Shown: positions 8,558 through 16,923 of the stretch, in pieces
Layout of the letters: the number at the start of each line of letters is the position of its first letter
How positions within the stretch are numbered: position 1 is the first letter of the stretch
The notes under the pieces: generated by a model
Seen by the model: only the letters and a program-made list of their open reading frames with translations
The model's database searches: none
What the model was told of the DNA's origin: nothing
From: Thermoleophilaceae bacterium
GTDB taxonomy: Bacteria; Actinomycetota; Thermoleophilia; Solirubrobacterales; Thermoleophilaceae
Direction: 5' to 3'
DNA length: 62,265 nt
NCBI GenBank assembly: GCA_036382905.1
Contig: DASVPL010000251.1
Coordinates: 1-62,265, forward strand
Position numbers and translations under genes: made by a program

Positions 8558-9675
8558 GCCGTCACCGCGTCCGCCGCGAACAGGTAGTCGTTCACGGCGG
8601 CGAGGCCCGCGAGATCGTGCACGTCGTCATCGAGCAGCGGCACCCGCACCAGCGGGTCGCCGTCCAGCTCGCGCTCGAGGCGCGCGATGTTGTCCGCGTC
8701 GCGCGCGGCCAGCTCGCGGTAGTCGTCGAAGTTGCGCGCGACCTTGCGGCCGAGCTTCTCGCCGAGCAGCGCACCCAGGTCGGGCTCGACGTCGGCGCCG
8801 CTGACGTCGGTGTCCGCGCCCTCGTGCACCCGGTTCACGATCGCCGCCCCGAACGGCATCCCGTTCTCGCGCAGGCGGCGGCGGAAGTAGACGACGTCGT
8901 CCACCGCGTCGCGGCGCGGGGAGGTGATGAGCAGGAAAGTCGTGTCCGCGTCCTCGAGCAGGCTCTCGACCACCTTCGCGCGGTCGCGGATCCCGATCGC
9001 CATGTCGCCGAAGCTCGCGAAGAACTCCGACAGGTCGCGCAGCAGGTCCACGCCGGTGAGCCGCTTGAGCAGCGAGAAGAGCACGCCCGTCCCGCGCCCG
9101 AACGCCTTCACGCCGAACAGTCCCGGCTTGAGGAAGAACGACAGCGAGCGCGAGTCGATGAAGCGTGTGAGCCGGTCGGGGGCGTCGAGGAAATCCAAAG
9201 CGTTGCGGGTGGGCGGGGTGTCGAGCACCAGCAGGTCGTAGTCGCCCGACTCGTGCAGCTCGTAGAGCTTCTCGATCGCCATGTACTCGGTGGACCCGGC
9301 CAGCGCGTTCGAGAGCTCCTGGTAGATCCGGTTGCCGAGCACCGCGTCGCGGGTGGCGTCGTCGGGCGCGCGCGTCTCGATCAGCTCGTCCCAGGTGCGC
9401 TTGGCGTCGAGCATCATCGCCCACAGCTCGCCGCGCATCTCGAGCCCGTGTTCCTCGAACAGGGCCGGATCGATCCGGGTGGCCTCGTTGCCGAGCTCCG
9501 ACAGGCCGAGCGAGTTCGCGAGCCGCCGCGCCGGGTCGATCGTGAGCACCGCCACCCTCAGCCCCTGCGCGGCCATGCCCATCGCCACGGCGGCCGCCGT
9601 GGTCGTCTTGCCGACGCCGCCTGACCCGGCGCAGATGCAGACGTGCTTGCCGTCGAGCAGCTCGCCGACGCTCAC
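8554..9675 (-). CDS. ArsA/Get3-like P-loop ATPase (second of a pair)
   Basis: P-loop CAGSGGVGKTTTAAAVA, LVLDTPPT Walker B-like block, 373 aa. It overlaps the upstream partner by 4 nt. Confidence 0.8.
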   Translation of the reverse strand: MSVGELLDGKHVCICAGSGGVGKTTTAAAVAMGMAAQGLRVAVLTIDPARRLANSLGLSELGNEATRIDPALFEEHGLEMRGELWAMMLDAKRTWDELIETRAPDDATRDAVLGNRIYQELSNALAGSTEYMAIEKLYELHESGDYDLLVLDTPPTRNALDFLDAPDRLTRFIDSRSLSFFLKPGLFGVKAFGRGTGVLFSLLKRLTGVDLLRDLSEFFASFGDMAIGIRDRAKVVESLLEDADTTFLLITSPRRDAVDDVVYFRRRLRENGMPFGAAIVNRVHEGADTDVSGADVEPDLGALLGEKLGRKVARNFDDYRELAARDADNIARLERELDGDPLVRVPLLDDDVHDLAGLAAVNDYLFAADAVTA

Positions 9676-10607
9676 AGGCGCCGCTCCAGCTCGCCCGACA
9701 GGCCCTCCCAGTCGTCGATGTCGAGGTCGGTGTCGAACAGGAACGGCAGCGTGAGGACCGGCGCGCCGTCGCGGCCCTTGCGCAGCCGCCGGAGCTGCGC
9801 GCGCTGGGCCCGGGAGCGGTGGTGCTGGGACAGGGCGGTCCGGAGGGCGGCGGCGACGGTCGGATCCCCGGCGCCGCCGTTCACGGCCTCGATCGCGGCG
9901 GCGTCCTCACCGCCGAAGCGCTCCGGCAGCATCGCGTTCATCACCACGAGCCCGACGTCGTAGCCCATCTGGTCGCGCAGCTTCGTGCGGAACTCGAGCG
10001 TCTCGTTGACGGGCATCTCCTCGGGCAGCGCTACGGCCACGACGCCGGTCTGCGCCGGGTCACGCAGGAAGCCGTCGATCATCAGCGCCTTGCGGCGGAT
10101 CGGCCCGACGCGCGCCACGTCGGCGAACGTCTGCGGCGTCTTCAGCATGCCGAGCCCCTGGCCCGTGGGCGGTCCGTCGAGGATCACGAGATCGTACGGC
10201 GCGTCGCCGCGGCGGCGGCGCTCGAGCAGCGCCAGCTCCCAGACCTTGGCGATCGTCACGAGCTCGCGCATCCCCGGCGTGGCCGCGGCGAAGTACTCGA
10301 AGATGCGGTTGTTGAAGAGGAGCCCGGCCAGCCGCTTCGACCCGACCTGGTCCACGAGGAACTCCTCGAGCGACTTGTCGGGGTCGATCGAGATGCCGTA
10401 GAGGTTGGGCGCGAGCTCGGTCTCCGCGTAGCCGGCGCCGGCGTGGCGGAACGAGCGCGAGACCCGCTCCTGCTTGGCCACCTCGACCACGATCGTGCGC
10501 TTGCCACGGCGCGCCGCAAGCAGCCCGAGCGAGGCCGCGACCGTGGTTCGGCCGACGCCGCCCTTTCCGGCGACGAACAGCAGGCGCTTGTCTAGTAGGT
10601 CGGACAC
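9672..10607 (-). CDS. ArsA/Get3-like P-loop ATPase (first of a pair)
   Basis: P-loop AGKGGVGRTTVAASLG, VILDGPPTGQGL block. The GTG at 10607 (VSDLLDKRLLFVAGKGG) is preferred, because the 10679 start would overlap the divergent parA-like start. Confidence 0.8.
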   Translation of the reverse strand: MSDLLDKRLLFVAGKGGVGRTTVAASLGLLAARRGKRTIVVEVAKQERVSRSFRHAGAGYAETELAPNLYGISIDPDKSLEEFLVDQVGSKRLAGLLFNNRIFEYFAAATPGMRELVTIAKVWELALLERRRRGDAPYDLVILDGPPTGQGLGMLKTPQTFADVARVGPIRRKALMIDGFLRDPAQTGVVAVALPEEMPVNETLEFRTKLRDQMGYDVGLVVMNAMLPERFGGEDAAAIEAVNGGAGDPTVAAALRTALSQHHRSRAQRAQLRRLRKGRDGAPVLTLPFLFDTDLDIDDWEGLSGELERRL

Positions 10608-10648
10608 GGTGAAGGATTCTTCTCTACCCGTACGAATACGCACGGCAC

Positions 10649-11509
10649 ATGGGACTCTTCGATCGAAAGCCTGACGCACCGCAGTCCTCGGCGGCTCCCC
10701 CGCCGCCCGACCCGTCGAGCATGCAACCGGCGCCAGTCGTGGAACCGAAGGTCGCCGAGGTGATCGTATTCGCCAACCAGAAGGGCGGCGTGGCGAAGAC
10801 CACGACGACCCTGAACCTGGCGTGCGCGTTCGCGGAGAAGGGCCACCGCGTCCTCTGCGTGGACATGGACCCGCAGGGCAACCTGACGATGAGCCAGGGA
10901 ATCGACCCCGACTCGCTCGAGTCGTCGATGTACGACGTGCTCGTCCACCACATCCCCATCCGCGACGTCATCCGCAAGCGCGAGATCGACGTGGCCTGCG
11001 CCTCGATCGACCTGGCCGGAGCCGAGATCGCGATGTCCACCCAGATCGGCCGCGAGCGCTCGCTGGAGAAGGCGTTCGCAGGGATCAAGGAGGACTACGA
11101 CTACATCTGCATCGACACGCCGCCCTCGCTCGGGCTGCTCACGATCAACGCCCTCACGGCGGCCGACAAGGTGATCGTCCCCGTCCAGTGCGAGTATCTG
11201 TCCATGAGGGGGCTGATCCAGCTCCAGAACACCCTGTCGATGATCCGCGACAACCTGAACCCGAAGGTCCGTATCGAGGGCATCGTGCCCACGCTGGTCG
11301 ACTCCCGCACGACCCATGCGAAGGAAGCGATCGAGCTGCTCGAGGAGAACTTCGGGGACCGGGTGTACGCGTCGAGGATCACGAAGACCGTGCGCTTCGC
11401 CGAGGCGCCGGTCAAGGGCATGTCCGTGCTCAAGTACGACCCTGATGGAAAGGCGGCGTATGCCTACCGACAACTCGCCCGAGAGGTCCTCGCGAATGGA
11501 TCGCGGTAA
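10649..11509 (+). CDS. ParA/Soj/MinD-superfamily ATPase
   Basis: Deviant Walker A NQKGGVAKTTTTLNLA, then CVDMDPQGNLT and ICIDTPPSLGLLTINAL. It has a 35-aa Pro-rich N-terminal leader. Confidence 0.9.
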   Translation: MGLFDRKPDAPQSSAAPPPPDPSSMQPAPVVEPKVAEVIVFANQKGGVAKTTTTLNLACAFAEKGHRVLCVDMDPQGNLTMSQGIDPDSLESSMYDVLVHHIPIRDVIRKREIDVACASIDLAGAEIAMSTQIGRERSLEKAFAGIKEDYDYICIDTPPSLGLLTINALTAADKVIVPVQCEYLSMRGLIQLQNTLSMIRDNLNPKVRIEGIVPTLVDSRTTHAKEAIELLEENFGDRVYASRITKTVRFAEAPVKGMSVLKYDPDGKAAYAYRQLAREVLANGSR

Positions 11510-13097
11510 GCGCGCGAGCATGCGCGAGGGCCCCCTCGCGCAGCTCTTCCGCCGCACCGACGAGGACGCGCCGGAGCCGGGTCGCGAGCAGGCGCCCGCG
11601 GAGCCGCAGGCCGCGCCCCCCGAGGAGCGCGCAGCGCAGTCCGCGCACGAGCGCCTGGACGGGCCGATCGCGCGCGCCGAGACCCACGACGAGCCGCGCA
11701 CGCCGGACCAGGAGCGCGCCGCGCGCCGCGAGGCCGAGCGCCGCTCGCCGGTCGAGGGGCTCGAGGACCTGCGTCCCGCGCCGCCCTCGGCACGTCAGCA
11801 TCACGAGCCCGAGCCGCGGCGCGAGCCGGTCGAGCCCCCGTCGCCCACCACGCCGCACCGCGAGCCGGGCGTACGGCCGCCGAAGCAGCGGCTCGAGGAG
11901 GTCTTCTCCAACGAAGTGCCGGACGACATGCTCGCGCGCACCCCGCGTCGCGACGACGAGTACCGCGGCCGCTACGGCCGCGACGTGCCGGAGCCGACGG
12001 CGGTCACGCCAGAGCCGGTGCTCCAGCCCGTGCTGCGCGTCGTGGGCGTCGGCGGTGCCGGCGTCAACGCCGTCAACCGGATGATCGAGGCCGGCGTCGA
12101 GGGCGTCGACTTCATCGCGGTCAACACCGATGTCCAGTCGCTCCAGCAGTCGAGCGCGCACATCACCCAGCACATCGGGAGCGACGTCACGCGTGGGCTC
12201 GGCTCCGGGTCGGATCCCGAGATCGGCCGCCAGGCGGCGCTCGACTCCTACGACGACGTCAAGGCGCTGCTCAGGGGCTCGGACATGGTGTTCATCGCCG
12301 CCGGCTCAGGTGGCGGCACGGGTACGGGGGCCGCTCCGGTGGTCGCGCGCTGTGCGCGCGAGCTCGGTGCGCTCACCGTGGGGATCGTCACCAAGCCGTT
12401 CACGTTCGAGGGCTCGCGCCGGGCCGACCAGGCCGAGCGCGGGATCGAGGAGTTGGCCAGCGAGGTCGACACCCTGATCACGATCCCGAACACGCGCCTG
12501 CTGTCGGTGCTCGACAAGCGCGTGTCGATGGTCGACGCGTTCCGCATGGCCGACGACGTGCTGCGCCAGGGCGTCCAGGGCATCTCGGACCTGATCACGC
12601 TGCCCGGCCTCATCAACCTCGACTTCGCCGACGTGCGCACGATCATGGCCAACGCCGGGCCGGCGCTCCTGGGCATCGGCATGGGCGTCGGTGAGCAGCG
12701 CGCGATGGAGGCGGCCACCCACGCGGTCGCGTCACCCCTGCTCGAGACCTCGGTCGAGGGCGCGCGGTCGATCCTGCTGTCGATCACCGGCGGGCGCGAC
12801 CTGTCGCTGTGGGAGGTCAACGAGGCTGCCAAGGCCGTCGCCGAGGCCGCTCACCCGGACGCCAACATCATCTTCGGGGCGATGGTCGACGAGAACGTCG
12901 TGGACCAGGTCTGGGTCACGGTGGTGGCGACCGGCTACGGCGAGCGTCCGGCCCGGCGTGCCTCCTCGGGGCGCGAGGGCGGGCGGGCGTCGTGGGAGCC
13001 GGAGGGCGAGCCGCGCGTCACGCGCGGGGCTGGCCGTAGCCAGAACGGCTCCGCGCTGAGCGACATCGACATTCCCGAGTTCCTCCCGCGCAGCTAG
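11496..13097 (+). CDS. ftsZ: cell division protein FtsZ with about 170-aa extra N-terminal region
   Basis: Core VVGVGGAGVNAVNRM, tubulin signature GSGGGTGTGAAP, NTDVQSL, and the C-terminal peptide DIDIPEFLPR. ATG 11496 overlaps the parA-like stop by 14 nt. Region 11496-12029 has near-uniform G/C third positions in this frame. Canonical-length alternative start: GTG 12018. Confidence 0.85.
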   Translation: MDRGKRASMREGPLAQLFRRTDEDAPEPGREQAPAEPQAAPPEERAAQSAHERLDGPIARAETHDEPRTPDQERAARREAERRSPVEGLEDLRPAPPSARQHHEPEPRREPVEPPSPTTPHREPGVRPPKQRLEEVFSNEVPDDMLARTPRRDDEYRGRYGRDVPEPTAVTPEPVLQPVLRVVGVGGAGVNAVNRMIEAGVEGVDFIAVNTDVQSLQQSSAHITQHIGSDVTRGLGSGSDPEIGRQAALDSYDDVKALLRGSDMVFIAAGSGGGTGTGAAPVVARCARELGALTVGIVTKPFTFEGSRRADQAERGIEELASEVDTLITIPNTRLLSVLDKRVSMVDAFRMADDVLRQGVQGISDLITLPGLINLDFADVRTIMANAGPALLGIGMGVGEQRAMEAATHAVASPLLETSVEGARSILLSITGGRDLSLWEVNEAAKAVAEAAHPDANIIFGAMVDENVVDQVWVTVVATGYGERPARRASSGREGGRASWEPEGEPRVTRGAGRSQNGSALSDIDIPEFLPRS

Positions 13098-13118
13098 CCC
13101 AGGGCTAGCATCGCCCCG

Positions 13119-14633
13119 ATGGGAGGGGTGGTCGCAGCGGGGCACCCGCTGACCGCTGAGGCAGGAGCGCGCGTGCTCCGCGCCGGCGGCAACGCGGTCG
13201 ACGCCGCCGTGGCGGGCGTCCTGATGTCGTTCGTCACCGAGTCGCCGCTCACCGGCCCGGGCGCGGGCGGCTTCATGCTGGTCCACACCGCCGGCGGGGA
13301 GGACCACCTGCTCGACTTCTTCGTGGCGGCGCCCGGCCGCGGGCTCGCCGAGGGCACCGAGCCGGCCGCCCTGCGGCCGATCGAGCTGCGCTTCTCGGAG
13401 GAGGCGGTGCAGACGTTCAACGTCGGCGCCTCGTCGGTCGGCGTCTACGGGACCACGGTGGGGATCGCCCAGGCGCTGCGGCGCTTCGGCACCGTCCGGC
13501 TCGGCGACCTCACCGGCTTCGCGGCCCAGGTCGCGCGCGACGGGCACGAGGTCACGCCGATGGAGGGGTCGTTCATCGAGATCCTCGGACCGATCCTCAC
13601 CTCCACGCCCGAGGCCGCGGCGGCCTTCGCCCCGGACGGCCGGGTGCCGGTGCCGGGCGACACGCTGCGGCTGCCCGAGCTCGGCGACCTGATCGAGCGC
13701 CTCGGCGCCGAGGGACCCGGCTTCCTCTACGTCGGCGACGTGGCCGAGGCGGTCTGCGAGTGGGTGGGAGAGCGCGGCGGGCTGCTCACGCTCGAGGATC
13801 TGCGCTCCTACCAGGTGATCGAGCGCGAGCCCGCGCGCGCCGAGTACCGCGGCCGCACGATGCTCACGAACCCGCCGCCGTCGTCGGGCGGGATCCTGAT
13901 CGCGTACTCGCTCGGCCTGCTCGAGCGCCTCGGCCGGCCCGCGGATGTGGGCACGGTGGTCGAGGTGATGGACCAGGCGAACCGCGCGCGCACCGACGAG
14001 TTCCTCCAGGGCCTGCACGCGGAGGGCTACCTGGAGCGCTTCCTGGCGAAGGACGCGCTCGAGAAGGCGGCCTCGCGGCTCGGCTCGACAACCCACATCT
14101 CGGTGCTGGACGACGACGGCGGCTGCGCGGCGGTCACGTGCTCGAACGGGTCCTCGTCCGGCGTGTTCGTCCCCGGCACCGGGATGCATCTCAACAACAT
14201 GCTGGGGGAGGAGGACCTGAACCCGTTCGGCTTCCACCAGCACGCGCCCGGGCGCCGGATCCCGAGCATGATGGCCCCGACCGTCGTGCTACGCGAGGGC
14301 CACCCCCAGATCGCCCTCGGCTCGGCCGGCTCGAACCGCATCCGCTCGGCCATCCTCCAGACGATCCTGCGCGTGATCGACGACGGCATGCCCGCCCAGG
14401 AGGCGGTGACGCACCCGCGCGTGCACTGGGAGGGCCGCGTGGTGGAGGCCGAGCCCGGTGTTGACGAGGAGGCCCTGGCCGCTTTGGAGGCCGGCGGCCG
14501 CGAGGTGATCCGCTTCGCCGAGCAGAGCCTGTACTTCGGCGGCGTGCAGGCGGTGGCCCGCGACCCCGAGACCGGAGCCCTCAGCGGGGGCGGCGACCCC
14601 CGCCGCGGCGGCGCGGCGGTGGTCGTTCCGTAG
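13119..14633 (+). CDS. ggt: gamma-glutamyltransferase family protein
   Basis: N-terminal GGVVAAGHPLTAEAGARVLRAGGNAVDAAVA, autoprocessing/nucleophile block GSTTHISVLD, and GSAGSNRIRSAILQ. Confidence 0.85.
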   Translation: MGGVVAAGHPLTAEAGARVLRAGGNAVDAAVAGVLMSFVTESPLTGPGAGGFMLVHTAGGEDHLLDFFVAAPGRGLAEGTEPAALRPIELRFSEEAVQTFNVGASSVGVYGTTVGIAQALRRFGTVRLGDLTGFAAQVARDGHEVTPMEGSFIEILGPILTSTPEAAAAFAPDGRVPVPGDTLRLPELGDLIERLGAEGPGFLYVGDVAEAVCEWVGERGGLLTLEDLRSYQVIEREPARAEYRGRTMLTNPPPSSGGILIAYSLGLLERLGRPADVGTVVEVMDQANRARTDEFLQGLHAEGYLERFLAKDALEKAASRLGSTTHISVLDDDGGCAAVTCSNGSSSGVFVPGTGMHLNNMLGEEDLNPFGFHQHAPGRRIPSMMAPTVVLREGHPQIALGSAGSNRIRSAILQTILRVIDDGMPAQEAVTHPRVHWEGRVVEAEPGVDEEALAALEAGGREVIRFAEQSLYFGGVQAVARDPETGALSGGGDPRRGGAAVVVP

Positions 14634-14680
14634 GGCATTCCTGACTTATGGGTCTATACGACCCACAAGTCAGGAATGCC
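14634..14680. other. 21-bp-arm inverted repeat (20/21 paired, 5-nt loop), markedly less GC-rich than its surroundings
   Basis: GGCATTCCTGACTTATGGGTC TATAC GACCCACAAGTCAGGAATGCC. It begins 1 nt after the ggt stop, and its 3' arm contains the ATG at 14676. Confidence 0.85.
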
Positions 14681-14720
14681 TAAGAAAAAGCCCCGGCGAG
14701 CCCATCGCCACAATCCATCC

Positions 14721-15137
14721 ATGCTCCCTAAGTGCAAGCCGTTCGGAGGCGCCGCGCTGGCCGCCACGACCGCGCTGACCGCGCTGGCCTGCGGCAACCC
14801 CGGCGGCGACCTGATCGCGCTCGAGGAGCGCGGCGCGCACTTCACGCGCCTAGTCGTGACGGACGACGGGCGCGGGAGCTGCAACGGCGGTGAGCTGAAG
14901 CGCCTGGAGAGCAGCCGCCTGCTCGAAGCGCGCGAGGTCGAGCGTGAGCTCCAGGAGCTCGCGACCGAGCGCACGAACTTCCCGGACCCCACCGGCGGGC
15001 GCCAGTTCCGGGCGAAGATGCGCGACGCGACCGTGACGTGGATGGAGCGCTCCCAGCAGGATCCCGTCCTGCCGAAGGCCACGGCGCTGACGCTCGAGCT
15101 CCGGCGCGAGCTCTGCCCCGCGCCGGCGACTCCCTAG
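14721..15137 (+). CDS. putative lipoprotein/secreted small protein
   Basis: MLPKCKPFGGAALAATTALTALACGNPGG is signal peptide-like with a lipobox-like ALAC. The start could also be ATG 14676, inside the hairpin. Confidence 0.45.
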   Translation: MLPKCKPFGGAALAATTALTALACGNPGGDLIALEERGAHFTRLVVTDDGRGSCNGGELKRLESSRLLEAREVERELQELATERTNFPDPTGGRQFRAKMRDATVTWMERSQQDPVLPKATALTLELRRELCPAPATP

Positions 15138-15751
15138 AAGCGCACCTTGCCGTTCGACTTGGCCCGCTCCTGGGCCTCCTCGGCGTTGTCGATCCGGTCG
15201 AGGGCGGTCACGAACAGGTCGCCCACGGTCTTCAGGCGCCTGTCCTCGGAGCGCTCCTCGAGCAGCGCCTGCTTCGGGGCAGCAGCCAGCTCGATGGTCG
15301 CGGCCATCCCGTACGCCGTCAGCCCCTCGAGCTCCTCGATCCCGGGACGGTTGTCGGTCACGCGCTCGACCAGGTCCGCGTACGCCTCACGAGCGCCCGC
15401 CGCGAGCTCCTCGTCGCCCTCGTCGAGGTCCTCGATCATCTCCACGTCGCCGGCCGGGTAGGGCATGTCGTCGATCTTGCGCAGGAGCCGGAACGGGCGC
15501 CCGCCCTGGGCGAGGATGTTCATGCGGCCGTCGTCCATCTGCTCGAGGACCTGCGCCACGCGCGCGGTGCAGCCGACCTCGGCCAGACCGTCGTCGCCGA
15601 GCCAGACGATCCCGAACTCGCCGCCGCTCTCGACCGACTCCCCGATCATCAGCTTGTAGCGCGTCTCGAAGATGTGCAGGGGCACGATCTCCGTCGGCAG
15701 CAGCACGATGCCGAGCGGGAACAGGGGAAAGCGCTCCTCCACATGGGCCAT
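15134..15751 (-). CDS. LON peptidase substrate-binding (Lon N-terminal) domain protein
   Basis: FPLFPLGIVLLPTEIVPLHIFETRYKLMI and the overall 205-aa size match stand-alone Lon N-domain proteins. Confidence 0.8.
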   Translation of the reverse strand: MAHVEERFPLFPLGIVLLPTEIVPLHIFETRYKLMIGESVESGGEFGIVWLGDDGLAEVGCTARVAQVLEQMDDGRMNILAQGGRPFRLLRKIDDMPYPAGDVEMIEDLDEGDEELAAGAREAYADLVERVTDNRPGIEELEGLTAYGMAATIELAAAPKQALLEERSEDRRLKTVGDLFVTALDRIDNAEEAQERAKSNGKVRF

Positions 15752-15779
15752 ACGGGGAGCCTACGGGGCTTGGTTCACC

Positions 15780-16868
15780 TCACGACTTCGGGAACTCCAT
15801 CACGAACGCGGAGACCCGGTCGTTCTGGTCGGTGATCGTGTTGGGCTGCCCGACCAGGCTGAGCGTGTGGCTGCCCGCCGGGATGTTGGGCACGACCAGG
15901 TCGTTCGTGACCGCGGCCATGTGCACGCTGGTCGGGTTGGCGAAGATCCGGAGCATCCCGACCGGGGTGCTGTCGATCACGACGCTCATCACGAGCGGCG
16001 CGTTCGCCGTCTGCGTCCAGCACGACGCGGCGCCCTTCACCAGCAGCGTGCCGCCCTTGCTCGTGACCGGCACCGACGCGATCGTCCCCGAGCCCTGCTG
16101 TGCCTGGGCGGCGGCGTTCGTGATCCCGGCGAGGTACGACGGCGCCTGCGCGTAATCCACCCACTCGACCACGCTCAGGTGCGCGTAGTCGTTCGGGTCG
16201 GTCTGGGTCTGGCCGCCGCCGAAGACCTGGAACTCGTGATTGCCCCGGCTGGTGTCCTCGACGTTGTCCGTCGGCACGACCGTCAGGCGCTGGTTGGCGT
16301 TGTTGGCGAAGACCTCCATGGGCGCGCCGTCGCCGCCGTCGTAGAGGAGCGCCGAGCGGACCGTCGTCGCAGCCTGCGTGACCCAGCCGGAGCTCGAGCC
16401 GCTGATCCACACGCCGCCGCCCTTGGTCTCGGCTCTGGCCGTGATGAGCGGCTGCGCCACGCCGGTCGGGCACGGTGCGTCCTCCGCGAGCCGGATCGCA
16501 AGCCCGTCGTTCGGCTCGATGACCGTCAGGCATACGACGTCGTTCGGGTCCGTGACGGTCGCCGGGCCGGTCTCCAGCATGATCACGTGCTGGCCGGGCG
16601 TCAGGCCGTGAACCCACGCCCACGTGTGGCCGAGCGAGAGGTGCATCGCCCCCTGGCTGGCGTAGGTCCCGAGCATCGCGCCGGTGGGCTGGCCGTCGAG
16701 CCAGAGGCTCATAGAGATCGGCCCGGGCTGCCCCGACCAGGCGGAGGCGGAGAACCCGATGAGCGCGTCGCCCCCGGTGAAATTCACCGGCTGCTTGATG
16801 ACGAAGCCGCCGGTCTGGGCCGGTAGCGCGGCGTTGTTCAGCGGCTGGGAAATCGTGCTTGAGGTCAT
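15780..16868 (-). CDS. hypothetical protein built from three tandem copies of an approximately 120-aa domain
   Basis: 362 aa, no signal peptide. Four blocks each recur with a period of about 117-123 aa: GG..I.(F/G)S(A/S)S.W, then (L/I)DG/DS, then (Y/F)AN/AS, then G.H.hydrophobic.hydrophobic, ending in T(D)(P/Q)ND (aa 106-110, 223-227, 346-350). Confidence 0.6.
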   Translation of the reverse strand: MTSSTISQPLNNAALPAQTGGFVIKQPVNFTGGDALIGFSASAWSGQPGPISMSLWLDGQPTGAMLGTYASQGAMHLSLGHTWAWVHGLTPGQHVIMLETGPATVTDPNDVVCLTVIEPNDGLAIRLAEDAPCPTGVAQPLITARAETKGGGVWISGSSSGWVTQAATTVRSALLYDGGDGAPMEVFANNANQRLTVVPTDNVEDTSRGNHEFQVFGGGQTQTDPNDYAHLSVVEWVDYAQAPSYLAGITNAAAQAQQGSGTIASVPVTSKGGTLLVKGAASCWTQTANAPLVMSVVIDSTPVGMLRIFANPTSVHMAAVTNDLVVPNIPAGSHTLSLVGQPNTITDQNDRVSAFVMEFPKS

Positions 16869-16923
16869 CGCGCGACGCTAACCGGGTTCATCCGCCGAGG
16901 CAAGGGCGCACGTATCCGCGGCG

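Noticed and set aside
11316-11495. The track's start (11316) for the FtsZ reading frame.
   Set aside because: It would overlap 190 nt of the well-supported parA-like CDS, with an Arg/Ser/Cys-rich translation. ATG 11496 was chosen instead.
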